Source: Thermoplasmata archaeon | Lineage (GTDB): Archaea; Thermoplasmatota; Thermoplasmata; Lutacidiplasmatales; UBA184 | Direction: 5' to 3' | Assembly: GCA_052326485.1 (NCBI GenBank) | Contig: JBKQMS010000031.1 | Coordinates: 16,904 to 80,903 of the forward strand | DNA: 64,000 nt | Shown: positions 37,351-46,963 of the stretch, piece by piece | Numbering within the stretch: the first letter of the stretch is position 1 | Layout of the letters: each line of letters begins with the position of its first letter | The notes under the pieces: model-generated | Databases searched by the model: none | The model's input: the letters and a program-made list of their open reading frames with translations, nothing else | What the model was told of the DNA's origin: nothing | Made by a program: the position numbers and the translations under genes

Positions 37351-37503
37351 ATGGCAACGATGATGAGCTGGGCTCTTGCGATCCTGGGCATTCTGGGACT
37401 GGTCCTGTTCCTCCACCACCTCGGGGTCGACGTGACGGCCAGCGTGGGTGCGATGCTTCGCGGGACCGAGCATATCCTCGCGCAGCCCCTCTTCTCGCTC
37501 TAG
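37351..37503 (+). CDS. Small (50 aa) single-TM membrane protein
   Basis: TTTATGTA box at ~37301, GAGGGG SD-like site, MATMMSWALAILGILGLVLFLHHLG. Confidence 0.6.
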   Translation: MATMMSWALAILGILGLVLFLHHLGVDVTASVGAMLRGTEHILAQPLFSL

Positions 37504-37528
37504 CGAGATCGGGACCGGACGGCCGACC

Positions 37529-38521
37529 CTACGCGGAACGGCGCCGGGCGAGGACGCCCGCGAGCTCCCTCGGAGGAACGACCCCGCTCGGAGTGACGAA
37601 CGCGCTGACGAACTTCGCCGGCGTCACGTCGAACGCCGGGTTGCGGGCGTGGCTCCTTCGCGGCGCGATCCGGTGGCCCGCCATCTCGAGGACCTCCTCT
37701 TCCGACCGTTCCTCGACCGGGATTCCCGTTCCGTCCCGTCGACGAGCGTCGAACGTGCTCCACGGCGCCGCTACGTAGAACGGGATCCCGTTCTCCCGGG
37801 CGACGACCGCCTTCTCGTAGGTGCCGATCTTGTTCGCAAAGTCCCCGTTGCGGGCGATCCGGTCGGCGCCGACGATGACCGCGTCGACCTGGCCTGCCTT
37901 CATGAACGCCCCGGCGGCGTTGTCGACGATCACGGCATGGGGGATCCTCTCGCGCGCGAGCTCCCACGCGGTGAGCCGTGCGCCCTGGAGCAGCGGCCGC
38001 GTCTCGTCCACCCAAACGAAGAGGTCGGCCCCCCGGTCCCGGGCGACCCGTATCGGGGCGAGGGCCGTCCCCCACTCGACCGTGGCGAGCGCTCCCGCGT
38101 TGCAGTGCGTCAGGACCCGATGGGCGCGTCGGAGGAGAGGCGCCCCCGCGATACCGATGCGGTGGCATTCCTCGACGATCTGCGCACGGTACCCGTCCGC
38201 CGCCTCGAGCGGGTCTTCGCCCGCGACCCAGGCGGTCCGGACCGCTTCGACGCCGACCGCGAGGTCTACCGCGGTCGGGCGCGTGGACCGAAGCAGCTTC
38301 GCCGTACGCTGGGGAGAGTACCCCCCCTCTCGGTGCGCGAGGGCCATCCCGTAGGCCGCCGCAACCCCAATCGCCGGCGCTCCGCGCACGGTCATCGACC
38401 GGATCGCATCGGCCACTTCTCGAACACGGTGCAGGTGCCGGAGGACGGTCCGCGCCGGCAGCTCCCGCTGGTCGATGAGGTGGAGGGCCCCGTCGCGGTA
38501 CCAGAGGGCACGAACCGGCAT
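37529..38521 (-). CDS. mtnA: Methylthioribose-1-phosphate isomerase (eIF2B-like family)
   Basis: VRGAPAIG, RPTAVDL, LTHCNAGALAT, ETRPLLQGARLTAWEL, GADRIARNGDFANKIGTY, NPAFDVTP. Confidence 0.9.
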   Translation of the reverse strand: MPVRALWYRDGALHLIDQRELPARTVLRHLHRVREVADAIRSMTVRGAPAIGVAAAYGMALAHREGGYSPQRTAKLLRSTRPTAVDLAVGVEAVRTAWVAGEDPLEAADGYRAQIVEECHRIGIAGAPLLRRAHRVLTHCNAGALATVEWGTALAPIRVARDRGADLFVWVDETRPLLQGARLTAWELARERIPHAVIVDNAAGAFMKAGQVDAVIVGADRIARNGDFANKIGTYEKAVVARENGIPFYVAAPWSTFDARRRDGTGIPVEERSEEEVLEMAGHRIAPRRSHARNPAFDVTPAKFVSAFVTPSGVVPPRELAGVLARRRSA

Positions 38522-38529
38522 CGGCCCCC

Positions 38530-39552
38530 CTAGGCTTCGAACGTGTGCATGAGGTCGAGCCAGTCCGGGGTCACCGTCTTCGGGTGATCGAGCGCTTCGT
38601 CGAGAGGGATCCCGGTCACGGTCGGACCCCGTAGGACGGCGACCTCTCCGAACCGACCCGCGATCGCGAGGTCGACCGCGCAGGCGCCAAGGCGGGTCGC
38701 GAGGATCCGGTCGAAGAGCACCGCCGGGCCTCCGCGTTGGATGTGCCCGATCTGGGCGCTGCGGGTCTCCACGCCGGTCCCCTCCTGGATCCGTCGAGCG
38801 AGGTCGGCGCCGACCTCCCTCTCCCGAAGGAGCTCGTGGCCGAACTCGTCTTTCGCCCCGGCCGAGCCCCGACGCGGGCCGAGGTCGATCCCTTCGCTGG
38901 CCACGACGAGGGCGTATCCGCGAGCCTCGACGGCGGCGCGGACGTGCGCGAGGAGCGCGGACTCGTCGTACTTCTCCTCCGGGACGAGCGTGGCGTCGGC
39001 CCCGCCGGCGAGCCCGGTCGCGAGCGCGACCCAGCCGGCGTGACGGCCCATGACCTCGAGGATGATCGCGCGGTGGTGGCTACCGGCGGTATCGCGGAGC
39101 CGCTCGAGGGCGTCCACGGCGACCGCGGTCGCCGAGTGGAACCCGAACGTCCAGTCGGTGCCACCGACGTCGTTGTCCATCGTCTTGGGGACGCCGACCA
39201 CGTGGCCTCCCCGTCGATGGAGCTCGCGGGCGGCGGAGAGCGTGTCGTCCCCGCCGATCGCGACGAGGGCATCGAGGCGATGACGCGCCAAGGTCTCGAG
39301 GACCTTCGCGCCGTCGGCCTCTTTCGCGAACGGGTTCGTCCGCGAGCTGCCGAGGATCGTGCCTCCCTTCCCGAGGAGGTCGGCCACATCCGCGACCGAC
39401 AGCGGGCGGGTCGCGTCGTCCCGGACCCCCTTCCAGCCGTCCAGAAAACCGATCGTGTCGTGGCCGAACTTGGCCGCGCGGCGAACGACGGCGCGGATGG
39501 CGGGGTTCAGACCCGGGCAGTCTCCACCGCCCGTCAAGACGCCGAACTTCAC
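38530..39552 (-). CDS. PfkA-family 6-phosphofructokinase, probably PPi-dependent
   Basis: LTGGGDCPGLN, GGTILGSSRTNP, GGDDT, PKTMDND, EVMGRHAGW, GHIQRGG; GTGA overlap with the upstream gene. Confidence 0.9.
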   Translation of the reverse strand: MKFGVLTGGGDCPGLNPAIRAVVRRAAKFGHDTIGFLDGWKGVRDDATRPLSVADVADLLGKGGTILGSSRTNPFAKEADGAKVLETLARHRLDALVAIGGDDTLSAARELHRRGGHVVGVPKTMDNDVGGTDWTFGFHSATAVAVDALERLRDTAGSHHRAIILEVMGRHAGWVALATGLAGGADATLVPEEKYDESALLAHVRAAVEARGYALVVASEGIDLGPRRGSAGAKDEFGHELLREREVGADLARRIQEGTGVETRSAQIGHIQRGGPAVLFDRILATRLGACAVDLAIAGRFGEVAVLRGPTVTGIPLDEALDHPKTVTPDWLDLMHTFEA

Positions 39553-40655
39553 GCCGGGACCTCGAGGTACGACCGGGGCGCGGTCGTGAGGAACTCGTAG
39601 CCGTTCTTCGTGACGACGATGTCGTCCTCGATCCGCACTCCGCCCTTCCCGGGAAGATAGATGCCGGGTTCGACCGTGAACGCCATCCCCTCCTCGATCA
39701 GGTCGTCCGACTTCGGCCCGTACCCCCAACCGTCGTGGACCGCGAGCCCGATCGAGTGCCCGACCCCGTGCGTGAGCCGGCCCTTCCAGCGCGACGCGTT
39801 GATGACGGCCTCGGCCGCGAGGTGCACCTCGCGGGCGGGAACGCCCGGACGGATCGCGGCGAGCGCCGCGTTCTGGGACGCCTCGACCGTGTCGTGGACC
39901 GCCTTCATCTCCTCGTCCCGCGGGCCGAAGTGGAACGACCGAGTGATGTCGCTCACGTAGCGCCGGTGGATCGCCCCGAAGTCACAGACGATCGACTGCC
40001 CCGGCGCCAGTCGGGTGTCCCCGGGCTGGTAGTGGGGCTCGGCGCCGTGGGGGCCGAACGCGACGATCGTGGCGAACGAGCGACCGCTCGCTCCGTGCAG
40101 GTTCATCCGGTACTCCATCTGGGCCGAGAGCTCGAGCTCGGTGATTCCGGTCTTGAGGAGCGACGGGATCTCGCGCCCCACCTCGGAGCCGATCTGGGCC
40201 GCCTTTCGGATGCGTTCGATCTCCTGAGGCTCCTTCGTCACTCGCGCGTTCCGGATGGCGGCCGACGCGTCGACCCACGTGGTCTGAGGGAGAAGCTTCG
40301 CGAGCCGAACGTACCACTCGTGCGTGAGCTCCTTGTCGTTGAGGCCGACCGACTTGGCGCCCTCGAGCTTCTTCTGGATGGACGGGTCGGACTCGTCCCG
40401 GTTCACGACCTCCACGTGGACGTCCGGGTCGAGTTTCGCGGCCTCGAACGCGGTCTCCGCCTCGAGGGGCGAGCTGATGATGTCCAGCTCCCCGTCGGGG
40501 TGGGCGATCGCGACCGAGCCCTCGAACAGCCCGGCGGGCACGTCGAACAGATAGAAGAACGACTGGTCCAGGTGCGGGTCGACCGCGTTCGCGAGAAGCA
40601 GAGCGTCCGGCTTCGGGTCGAGGCGCGCGAATACCTTCTGGACTCGGGCCTTCAT
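39549..40655 (-). CDS. Xaa-Pro aminopeptidase/prolidase (M24B)
   Basis: PH, DFGA..YVSDITR, HGVGHSIGLAVHD, TVEPGIY, GVRIEDD. Confidence 0.93.
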   Translation of the reverse strand: MKARVQKVFARLDPKPDALLLANAVDPHLDQSFFYLFDVPAGLFEGSVAIAHPDGELDIISSPLEAETAFEAAKLDPDVHVEVVNRDESDPSIQKKLEGAKSVGLNDKELTHEWYVRLAKLLPQTTWVDASAAIRNARVTKEPQEIERIRKAAQIGSEVGREIPSLLKTGITELELSAQMEYRMNLHGASGRSFATIVAFGPHGAEPHYQPGDTRLAPGQSIVCDFGAIHRRYVSDITRSFHFGPRDEEMKAVHDTVEASQNAALAAIRPGVPAREVHLAAEAVINASRWKGRLTHGVGHSIGLAVHDGWGYGPKSDDLIEEGMAFTVEPGIYLPGKGGVRIEDDIVVTKNGYEFLTTAPRSYLEVPA

Positions 40656-40670
40656 GCCCCGGCCACGCCG

Positions 40671-42137
40671 CTAGGGGGTTTCAACTTTTGCGCCGGCGGC
40701 CCGCAGGTCCTTCCACGAGAGGAGCGGCTCGCGCGCCGCCCGCACCTCGTCGACCCGGGTGACGGCGAGCGACCGAGGAGCGGCGTGCAGGTTCTCGGCG
40801 GTGTCCGAGATCGCCCGCTCGAACGCCGCGACGTATCCGTCCAGCTCCCGTTTGCTCTCGGTCTCGGGAAGCTCGATCATGAGCGACTCGTCGACGAGCG
40901 CCGGGAAGTAGATCGTCGGAGCGTGGACCCCCTCGTCGAGGAGGCGCTTCGCGAGGTCGAGGGTGCGGACGCCCCGCTCCTTGAGCGGAGCGCCGGAGAG
41001 CACGAACTCGTGCTTGACGAGCGTGCGGAACGGACGGGGAAGGTACTTCCCGAGCCGCGAGGCGACGTAGTTCGAGTTGAGGACGGCCCGGCGCGAGATG
41101 TGCTTCAGTCCCTCCTCGCCGTGCGACTGGATGAACGCGTACGCCCTCAGGTCGAGCCCGAAGTTCCCGTAGGCCGTCTTGATCTTCCCGATCGACTTCG
41201 GCCGGTCGTAGTCGAGCCGGAACTTCCGTCCCTCCTTCACGACGCGCGGGACCGGCAGGTACGGGCCGAGCTTCTCCCCCGCCGCGAGCACGCCGGCGCC
41301 GGGCCCGCCGCCGCCGTGAGGGGTTCCGAACGTCTTGTGGAGGTTCAGGTGGGCGACGTCGAACCCCATCCGGCCCGGGTGGGTGACGCCGAGGATCGCG
41401 TTCAGGTTCGCACCGTCGTAGTACAGGAGGGCCCCGACGCTGTGGACCGCCTCGGCGATCTCGAGGATCTCGCTCTCGAACAGGCCGGCCGTGTTCGGGT
41501 TCGTCAGCATGAACGCCGCCGTCTTCTTCGACAGGGCACGGCGGAGCTCGTCGACGTCGACGCTGCCGTCCTTGTCCGGGATCTCCCGGGTCGAGAACCC
41601 TGCCATGCTCGCCGAGGCGGGGTTGGTGCCGTGGGCGGTATCGGGCAGGAGGACCTCGGTCCGTTCGGCGAGGTCGCCCTGGTCACGGAAGTACGCGCGT
41701 ACCATGAGCATCGCCGCGTACTCCCCGTGCGCTCCCGCGGCCGGTTGCAGTGAGATCTCGGGAAGCCCGGTGATGCGGGCGAGGAGCCGCTCGAGCCGCC
41801 AGGTCACCTCGAGGGAGCCCTGGACCGTGGCCTCGGGCTGGTACGGGTGGACGTCGGCGGCTCCCGGGCGACGAGCGAGGAGCTCCGAGACCTTGGGGTT
41901 GTACTTCATCGTGCACGACCCGAGCGGATAGGTGGCCGTGTCGATCCCGAAGTTCATCTGAGATAGGCGGGTATAATGCCGGACCACCTCGAGCTCGGAG
42001 AGCTCGGGCCACCGGACCGCCTGCTTGCGGCGAAGTCTCTCAGGGATCCCCGAGATCTCTGGAAGAGCTTCCCCCATCCGCGGAGGAGCCAGGTCCCAGA
42101 CCGCGGGCTCGTCCCAACGGGCCTGTTGGAACGTCAT
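40671..42137 (-). CDS. gcvPB: Glycine dehydrogenase (decarboxylating) subunit 2
   Basis: VVRHYTRLS, YPLGSCTMKYNP, QPAAGAHGE, AHGTNPASA, HLNLHKTFGTPHGGGGPG. Confidence 0.96.
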   Translation of the reverse strand: MTFQQARWDEPAVWDLAPPRMGEALPEISGIPERLRRKQAVRWPELSELEVVRHYTRLSQMNFGIDTATYPLGSCTMKYNPKVSELLARRPGAADVHPYQPEATVQGSLEVTWRLERLLARITGLPEISLQPAAGAHGEYAAMLMVRAYFRDQGDLAERTEVLLPDTAHGTNPASASMAGFSTREIPDKDGSVDVDELRRALSKKTAAFMLTNPNTAGLFESEILEIAEAVHSVGALLYYDGANLNAILGVTHPGRMGFDVAHLNLHKTFGTPHGGGGPGAGVLAAGEKLGPYLPVPRVVKEGRKFRLDYDRPKSIGKIKTAYGNFGLDLRAYAFIQSHGEEGLKHISRRAVLNSNYVASRLGKYLPRPFRTLVKHEFVLSGAPLKERGVRTLDLAKRLLDEGVHAPTIYFPALVDESLMIELPETESKRELDGYVAAFERAISDTAENLHAAPRSLAVTRVDEVRAAREPLLSWKDLRAAGAKVETP

Positions 42138-43516
42138 GCCGTCCTCCCTACCGCGTTGATCGCGGCCTCGGCCGCCCGGACGTACTTCTGGATGTCCTTG
42201 TCGTCGGTGCCCTCCGGGATCCCGACCAGGACCCGCTCCGCGTCGGAGGGGGCGCCCGGTCTCGGGTCCTTCAGCGAGTGCCCGCCGAGCACCTTGCGTC
42301 GCCGCAGGCGGTCGAGGAACTCGTCGGCCGTACCGCGACGCAGTTCGACCGTGAACTCGCCCAGATACGGAGCATCGAATCGCGGAGCCTGGAGGCCTTG
42401 GATGCTTCCGAGGCCGCTCGCGAGAGTACGCGCCTTCTCGGCGAGGGAGGCCTGGAGCCGGGCGAGGCCCCGGGGCCCGACGACGGACGCATACACTACG
42501 AAGGCGAGGGCCATCAGCGACTCGTTGGTGCAGATGTTCGACGTGGCCTTCGAGCGACGGATGTGTTGTTCGCGGGTCACGAGGGTCAGGGCGAACGCCC
42601 GCCGTCCCTCGGTGTCGACCGTCGCCCCGACCATCCTTCCCGGAGCGGAGCGCACGTGCTCCTTGCGGCACGCGAACAGTCCGAGCAGAGGTCCGCCGAA
42701 CGAGGGCGCGATACCGAACCCCTGCCCCTCCCCGACGACCACATCGGCCCCGTAGTTCCCCGGCGCCTCGAGGACCGAGAGCGAGAGCGGGTCCGCCGAA
42801 ACGACGAGCGGAACGTCCCCCAGGATCGACTTGAGCTCGGGCACGCCCTCGTCCACGTGGCCGAAGCCGTTCGGCACGTCGGCGAGGACCCCGAACACGT
42901 CCTTCTTCGCCACCGCGGCCCGAACGAACTCGAGGTCGAGCCGCCCGGTGCGGTCGTCGTATGGGATCCCTTCGACACGAAGCCCAGGGCCGCTCGCGTA
43001 GTTCTCGAGGACACTGCGCTCTTCCCAGGGCAGGCTGGCCGGGACCAAGAAGCGCGTCCCCTCGTGGAGTCTTCGACAGAAGAGGAGCGCTTCCCCCGCG
43101 GCCGTCGCTCCGTCGTAGAGGGAGGCGTTCGCCACGTCGAGCCCGGTCATCTCGACCCAGAGGCTCTGGAACTCGAACAGGGTCCGTAGCATCCCCTGGC
43201 TGGCCTCGGCCTGGTACGGGGTGTACGCCGAGTAGAACTCGCTGCGAGAGACGATCGCGTCCACGGCCGCCGGAGAATACCGACCGACGATCCTTCCCCC
43301 GAGGAAGCTCGAGAACTTGGACAGCGGTCGGTTCCGCTCGAGGAGCCGGTCGACCTCCGCCACGACCTCCGGCTCGTCGCGTGCCGGGCCGACGCCCATC
43401 CGACCGATACGGGCCCGCTTCGGGACATCGGTGAAGAGCGCGTCCGTCGAGCTGATCCCCAAGGCTTCGAGCAGCGCGGCCTCCTCACCTGGCTCATCCG
43501 GAATCCAACGCGGCAC
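42134..43516 (-). CDS. gcvPA: Glycine dehydrogenase (decarboxylating) subunit 1
   Basis: EFYSAYTPYQAEASQG, NASLYDGATA, FGGP, TREQHIRRSKATSNICTN. Confidence 0.96.
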   Translation of the reverse strand: MPRWIPDEPGEEAALLEALGISSTDALFTDVPKRARIGRMGVGPARDEPEVVAEVDRLLERNRPLSKFSSFLGGRIVGRYSPAAVDAIVSRSEFYSAYTPYQAEASQGMLRTLFEFQSLWVEMTGLDVANASLYDGATAAGEALLFCRRLHEGTRFLVPASLPWEERSVLENYASGPGLRVEGIPYDDRTGRLDLEFVRAAVAKKDVFGVLADVPNGFGHVDEGVPELKSILGDVPLVVSADPLSLSVLEAPGNYGADVVVGEGQGFGIAPSFGGPLLGLFACRKEHVRSAPGRMVGATVDTEGRRAFALTLVTREQHIRRSKATSNICTNESLMALAFVVYASVVGPRGLARLQASLAEKARTLASGLGSIQGLQAPRFDAPYLGEFTVELRRGTADEFLDRLRRRKVLGGHSLKDPRPGAPSDAERVLVGIPEGTDDKDIQKYVRAAEAAINAVGRTA

Positions 43517-43661
43517 GGAGGCTCACCGGGGGTTGGGAGCGGCAGTGGCCATAAATCGTTCTCGTCTCACCGGCCGAACGAGGGGGGAGACGGAAGGGGA
43601 ATCCGACGCTATCGGACGAGGGCAAAGGTATTCGGGGCGACGGGCTCCGTGCGCGGGGACC

Positions 43662-44747
43662 ATGACGCAGGTACGAAGTCGACGGGGAAGCGCTCGGCGA
43701 GCCCTGCCCCCGCCTCCACCGTCCGTCGCCATCCTCGACGTCGCGTTCCACCGGGCGTCCCTCGCGACGCCTCGGGGCGAGAACAAGGCCGCCCGCGACC
43801 GCCTCCGCGCGGAGCTCAAGATCGTGCGGAGCTCGGCCACGGTCGTCCGTCACCTGCGGCTCGAGACCCGACGGTTCGTCCGAAGCCCCCCCACGGCATT
43901 CGAAGCGACGCTGCTCTCCCAAACGTTCGGTTCTGGCAGCCTCGAGCGCGCCCTCACCCGAGTGCGACGCGCCGAGGAACGGATCCGGGGCCTCGCTCAA
44001 GCCGCCGAGCGGGCCACGAAGGGGGCGTCGGGCTCGGAGGAGCTGGGCGACCAGATCCGCGCGTTCTACGGCCGGTTATCGAGCTTCGTCCGCGAGATCG
44101 ATGCGGACCTAGAGATCCTCCGCGAGATGGGAAGGTTCCTCGACGACCGGCCGCACCTCGACCCGGCCGCTCCGACCCTGGTCGTTGCCGGGTTCCCGAA
44201 CGTCGGCAAGTCGTCGCTCGTGGCGCGCCTTTCCTCGGCACACCCCAAGGTAGCGGACTACCCGTTCACCACGCTCTCCATCGCCGTCGGCCACGCCGAC
44301 CTCGGCTTCGACCGTCTCCAGGTGCTCGATACCCCGGGAGTTCTGGGCCGGACCGGCCGCTCGAACCCCGCCGAGACCGAGGCGCGCACCGCGGTCCGAG
44401 GGGTCGCGACGGTCGTCGTCTTCGTCATCGACCCCTCCGGGAAGTGTGGGTATCCCGTAGAGGAGCAGGAACAGCTGCTCGCCCGCTGGAAGGAGGAGTT
44501 CCCCCAACTCCCGATCATCGCGGTCGAGACGAAGTGCGACCTCGTGCGTCGGCCGACCGACCGTCTCCAGGTCTCGGCCACCACCGGAGAGGGCCTCGAG
44601 TCGCTCGAGGCGCAGGTTCGCGAGCTCGTCCTCCCCCGCGGGGAGCTCCCTCCGATGCAGGAAGCCGTCGTCGAGGAGACGACGGCGGAGCCCGACTACG
44701 AGGAGCGCCCTTCCCGCCGACCGTCCTCCCGTCGCGGGGGTTCCTGA
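43662..44747 (+). CDS. Nog1-family (OBG-like) GTPase
   Basis: FYGRLSS, AGFPNVGKSS, YPFTT, DTPG, DPSGKCGY, TKCD, SA. Confidence 0.9.
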   Translation: MTQVRSRRGSARRALPPPPPSVAILDVAFHRASLATPRGENKAARDRLRAELKIVRSSATVVRHLRLETRRFVRSPPTAFEATLLSQTFGSGSLERALTRVRRAEERIRGLAQAAERATKGASGSEELGDQIRAFYGRLSSFVREIDADLEILREMGRFLDDRPHLDPAAPTLVVAGFPNVGKSSLVARLSSAHPKVADYPFTTLSIAVGHADLGFDRLQVLDTPGVLGRTGRSNPAETEARTAVRGVATVVVFVIDPSGKCGYPVEEQEQLLARWKEEFPQLPIIAVETKCDLVRRPTDRLQVSATTGEGLESLEAQVRELVLPRGELPPMQEAVVEETTAEPDYEERPSRRPSSRRGGS

Positions 44748-44831
44748 GACAGCGCGTCCTGACCGGCGTCACGCCGTCGACTTGCGCGGAACGCGTTCGG
44801 CGCGGATGCGCCCGAGGCAGGCGGTTTCGCC

Positions 44832-46064
44832 TCAGATGCCGAAAGCCTTCCCGTTCTCAGGAAGGACGACGCGGCACGTTGACTCGAGGGCCTGCCGTAG
44901 GGGGTCGCGCTGGTCGCCGTGCATGAGCACGACGGTCTCGGCACGGGACTCCTTCGCCACCCTCACGAGCTCGGAGTGGCCGGCGTGGGCCGAGAAGTCG
45001 AACTGCAGGACCTCGCACGACGGATGGATCACCGTGTCGTCGACGGTGAGCGTGCCCTGGTCGAGGAGCTGGCGCCCGTTCGATCCCTCCACCTGGTACC
45101 CGGTGAGAAGGATCGAGTTGTTCGCATTGCGGTAGAGCTCGCCGATGTAGTAGAGCACCGGCCCACCGTCCAACATGCCGCCGGTCGTGATGATCACCTC
45201 GGCCTCGCGGAGCGCCTTACGTCGGTCCCCCGGATGCTCGACCACGTGGACGCCGTCGAGCGCTCGGCGGAAGCGGCGAGCGTCCGCGAGATACTCCGGG
45301 GCGGCCTCGTAGATCTCGTTGACCGAGCGTGCCATCCCGTCGAGGTACGTCTCGAACCCGGCCGAAGCGAGCGACATCATCACTTCTTGCGCGCGTCCGA
45401 CCGCGAACGCGGGCACGATCGCCTTTCCCCCTCGGTCGATCGTCTCTTCGATCTTGTCGCGGAACTTCCGCTCCGTCTCGCGGCGGTCCGGGTGCTCGCG
45501 GCCGGAATAGGTGGATTCCATCACGAGCACGTCGCACTCGAGCGGCTCGGCTCCCCCGACGAGATGGGTAGGGGTCGTCTGGAGGTCGCCCGTGAACAGG
45601 ACGTCCTTCTCCCCGCGGTAGAGGATCATCGAGGCCCCGGGGATGTGGCCCGCCGGGGTGAATTCGACCTCGATGCCATGGTGGCGGAAGATACCGTGGC
45701 GGTCGACCGCGGTGAACCGGGCGTGGAGCGAGTGGATGTCCGCGGGAGTGTATGGCGCGAGGTACCCTTCGAGCCGGGCGATCTTGAGCGCGTCCTTCGT
45801 GAGGAGGTCGGCGACGGCGATCGTCACCGGGGTCGCGATGAGCCGGGCCTTGGGGAGTCGGCTCAGGAGCGGTGTCATGCCCGAATGGTCTAGGTGGGCG
45901 TGGGAGAGGAACGCGATGTCGACGTTGGTGGGAGCGGGTCGCGGGTAGGTCGGAGGATCGGTCGGCGTCAGCCCGTAGTCGAAGAGCAGCGTGCGGCCCT
46001 GGTCCCGGACGACCAGCCCGAGGGAGCCGATCTCCGAGGCACCCCCAAGGAATTGGAATTCCAT
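44832..46064 (-). CDS. MBL-fold beta-CASP ribonuclease (aCPSF2-like, no KH domains)
   Basis: FLGGASEIG, SHAHLDHSG, AGHIPG, FTGD, MESTY, PAFAVGRAQE, GYQ, FSAHAG. Confidence 0.92.
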   Translation of the reverse strand: MEFQFLGGASEIGSLGLVVRDQGRTLLFDYGLTPTDPPTYPRPAPTNVDIAFLSHAHLDHSGMTPLLSRLPKARLIATPVTIAVADLLTKDALKIARLEGYLAPYTPADIHSLHARFTAVDRHGIFRHHGIEVEFTPAGHIPGASMILYRGEKDVLFTGDLQTTPTHLVGGAEPLECDVLVMESTYSGREHPDRRETERKFRDKIEETIDRGGKAIVPAFAVGRAQEVMMSLASAGFETYLDGMARSVNEIYEAAPEYLADARRFRRALDGVHVVEHPGDRRKALREAEVIITTGGMLDGGPVLYYIGELYRNANNSILLTGYQVEGSNGRQLLDQGTLTVDDTVIHPSCEVLQFDFSAHAGHSELVRVAKESRAETVVLMHGDQRDPLRQALESTCRVVLPENGKAFGI

Positions 46065-46150
46065 CGGCGGGCCGAACGGTCCTCCCTCTTAAGGTACTAT
46101 GCGAAGGCGGCAGGGGAAGGCATCTTTACCCGCTCCCCCGTGCGGCGGTC

Positions 46151-46963
46151 GTGGCCGGGTCGGCACGGGCGGAGCTCGAGATACTCTACCGCATCAGCGT
46201 CGCGGTCCAGCAGGTCGTCCGCGATGCGGAGGGGTCGCCCCACCGGGGCGACGTCGTCGCGATGGGCGCGGACGGCACCCCGACCGAAGAGCTCGACCGG
46301 CTCGCCGAGACCGAGATCCTGAAGGTCCTCGACGCCGAGGCGGTGGACTGGAACCTCGTCTCGGAGGAGATCGGGCACGTCTCGCGGGGCGGGCAGAGCA
46401 CCCTCATCGTCGACCCGATCGACGGTACGTCGAACGCACTCCGTAACCTCCCGTTCTCCACCGTCTCGCTCGCGCTCGGTCGTCGCGACCTCGCCGGGAT
46501 CGACGTCGGTCTCGTCCGGGACCTCCATCGCGGAACGACCTACTGGGCCGCCCGGGGTCAGGGGGCCTTCCGTGACGGGCGTCGCATACGGACCCGCCCC
46601 TGGACCGCGCGCAGCGAGATCTTCTTCGTGAACCTGGGCCGACCCGCGAGCGAACGGTCGGCGCGGCTCGCGACGAGGTGTCGTCGGATCCGCTCGCTCG
46701 GGTGCGCCTCGTTCGAGATCCTGATGGTCGCGCAGGGGAGCGCGGACGCCTACTTCTTCGAGAACACGCCCGACACGCGGAACCTGAGGGCCACGGACGT
46801 CGCCGCCGCCTACCGGATCCTGCTCGAGGCCGGCGGCGGCATGAGCGACGCCAAGGGCCAGCCGATCGAGACGTTCCCGCTCACGGTGGACCGGCGCACG
46901 AGCATCTTCGCGTGGGGCGACAGCGCGCTGGGCGCCCGGGCGAAGGAGGAGGGGTACCTCTGA
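46151..46963 (+). CDS. Inositol monophosphatase/FBPase family phosphatase (possible NADP phosphatase)
   Basis: MGADGTPT..LD..AE, SEE.G, VDPIDGTSN, RSLGCA, RATDVAA. Confidence 0.88.
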   Translation: MAGSARAELEILYRISVAVQQVVRDAEGSPHRGDVVAMGADGTPTEELDRLAETEILKVLDAEAVDWNLVSEEIGHVSRGGQSTLIVDPIDGTSNALRNLPFSTVSLALGRRDLAGIDVGLVRDLHRGTTYWAARGQGAFRDGRRIRTRPWTARSEIFFVNLGRPASERSARLATRCRRIRSLGCASFEILMVAQGSADAYFFENTPDTRNLRATDVAAAYRILLEAGGGMSDAKGQPIETFPLTVDRRTSIFAWGDSALGARAKEEGYL

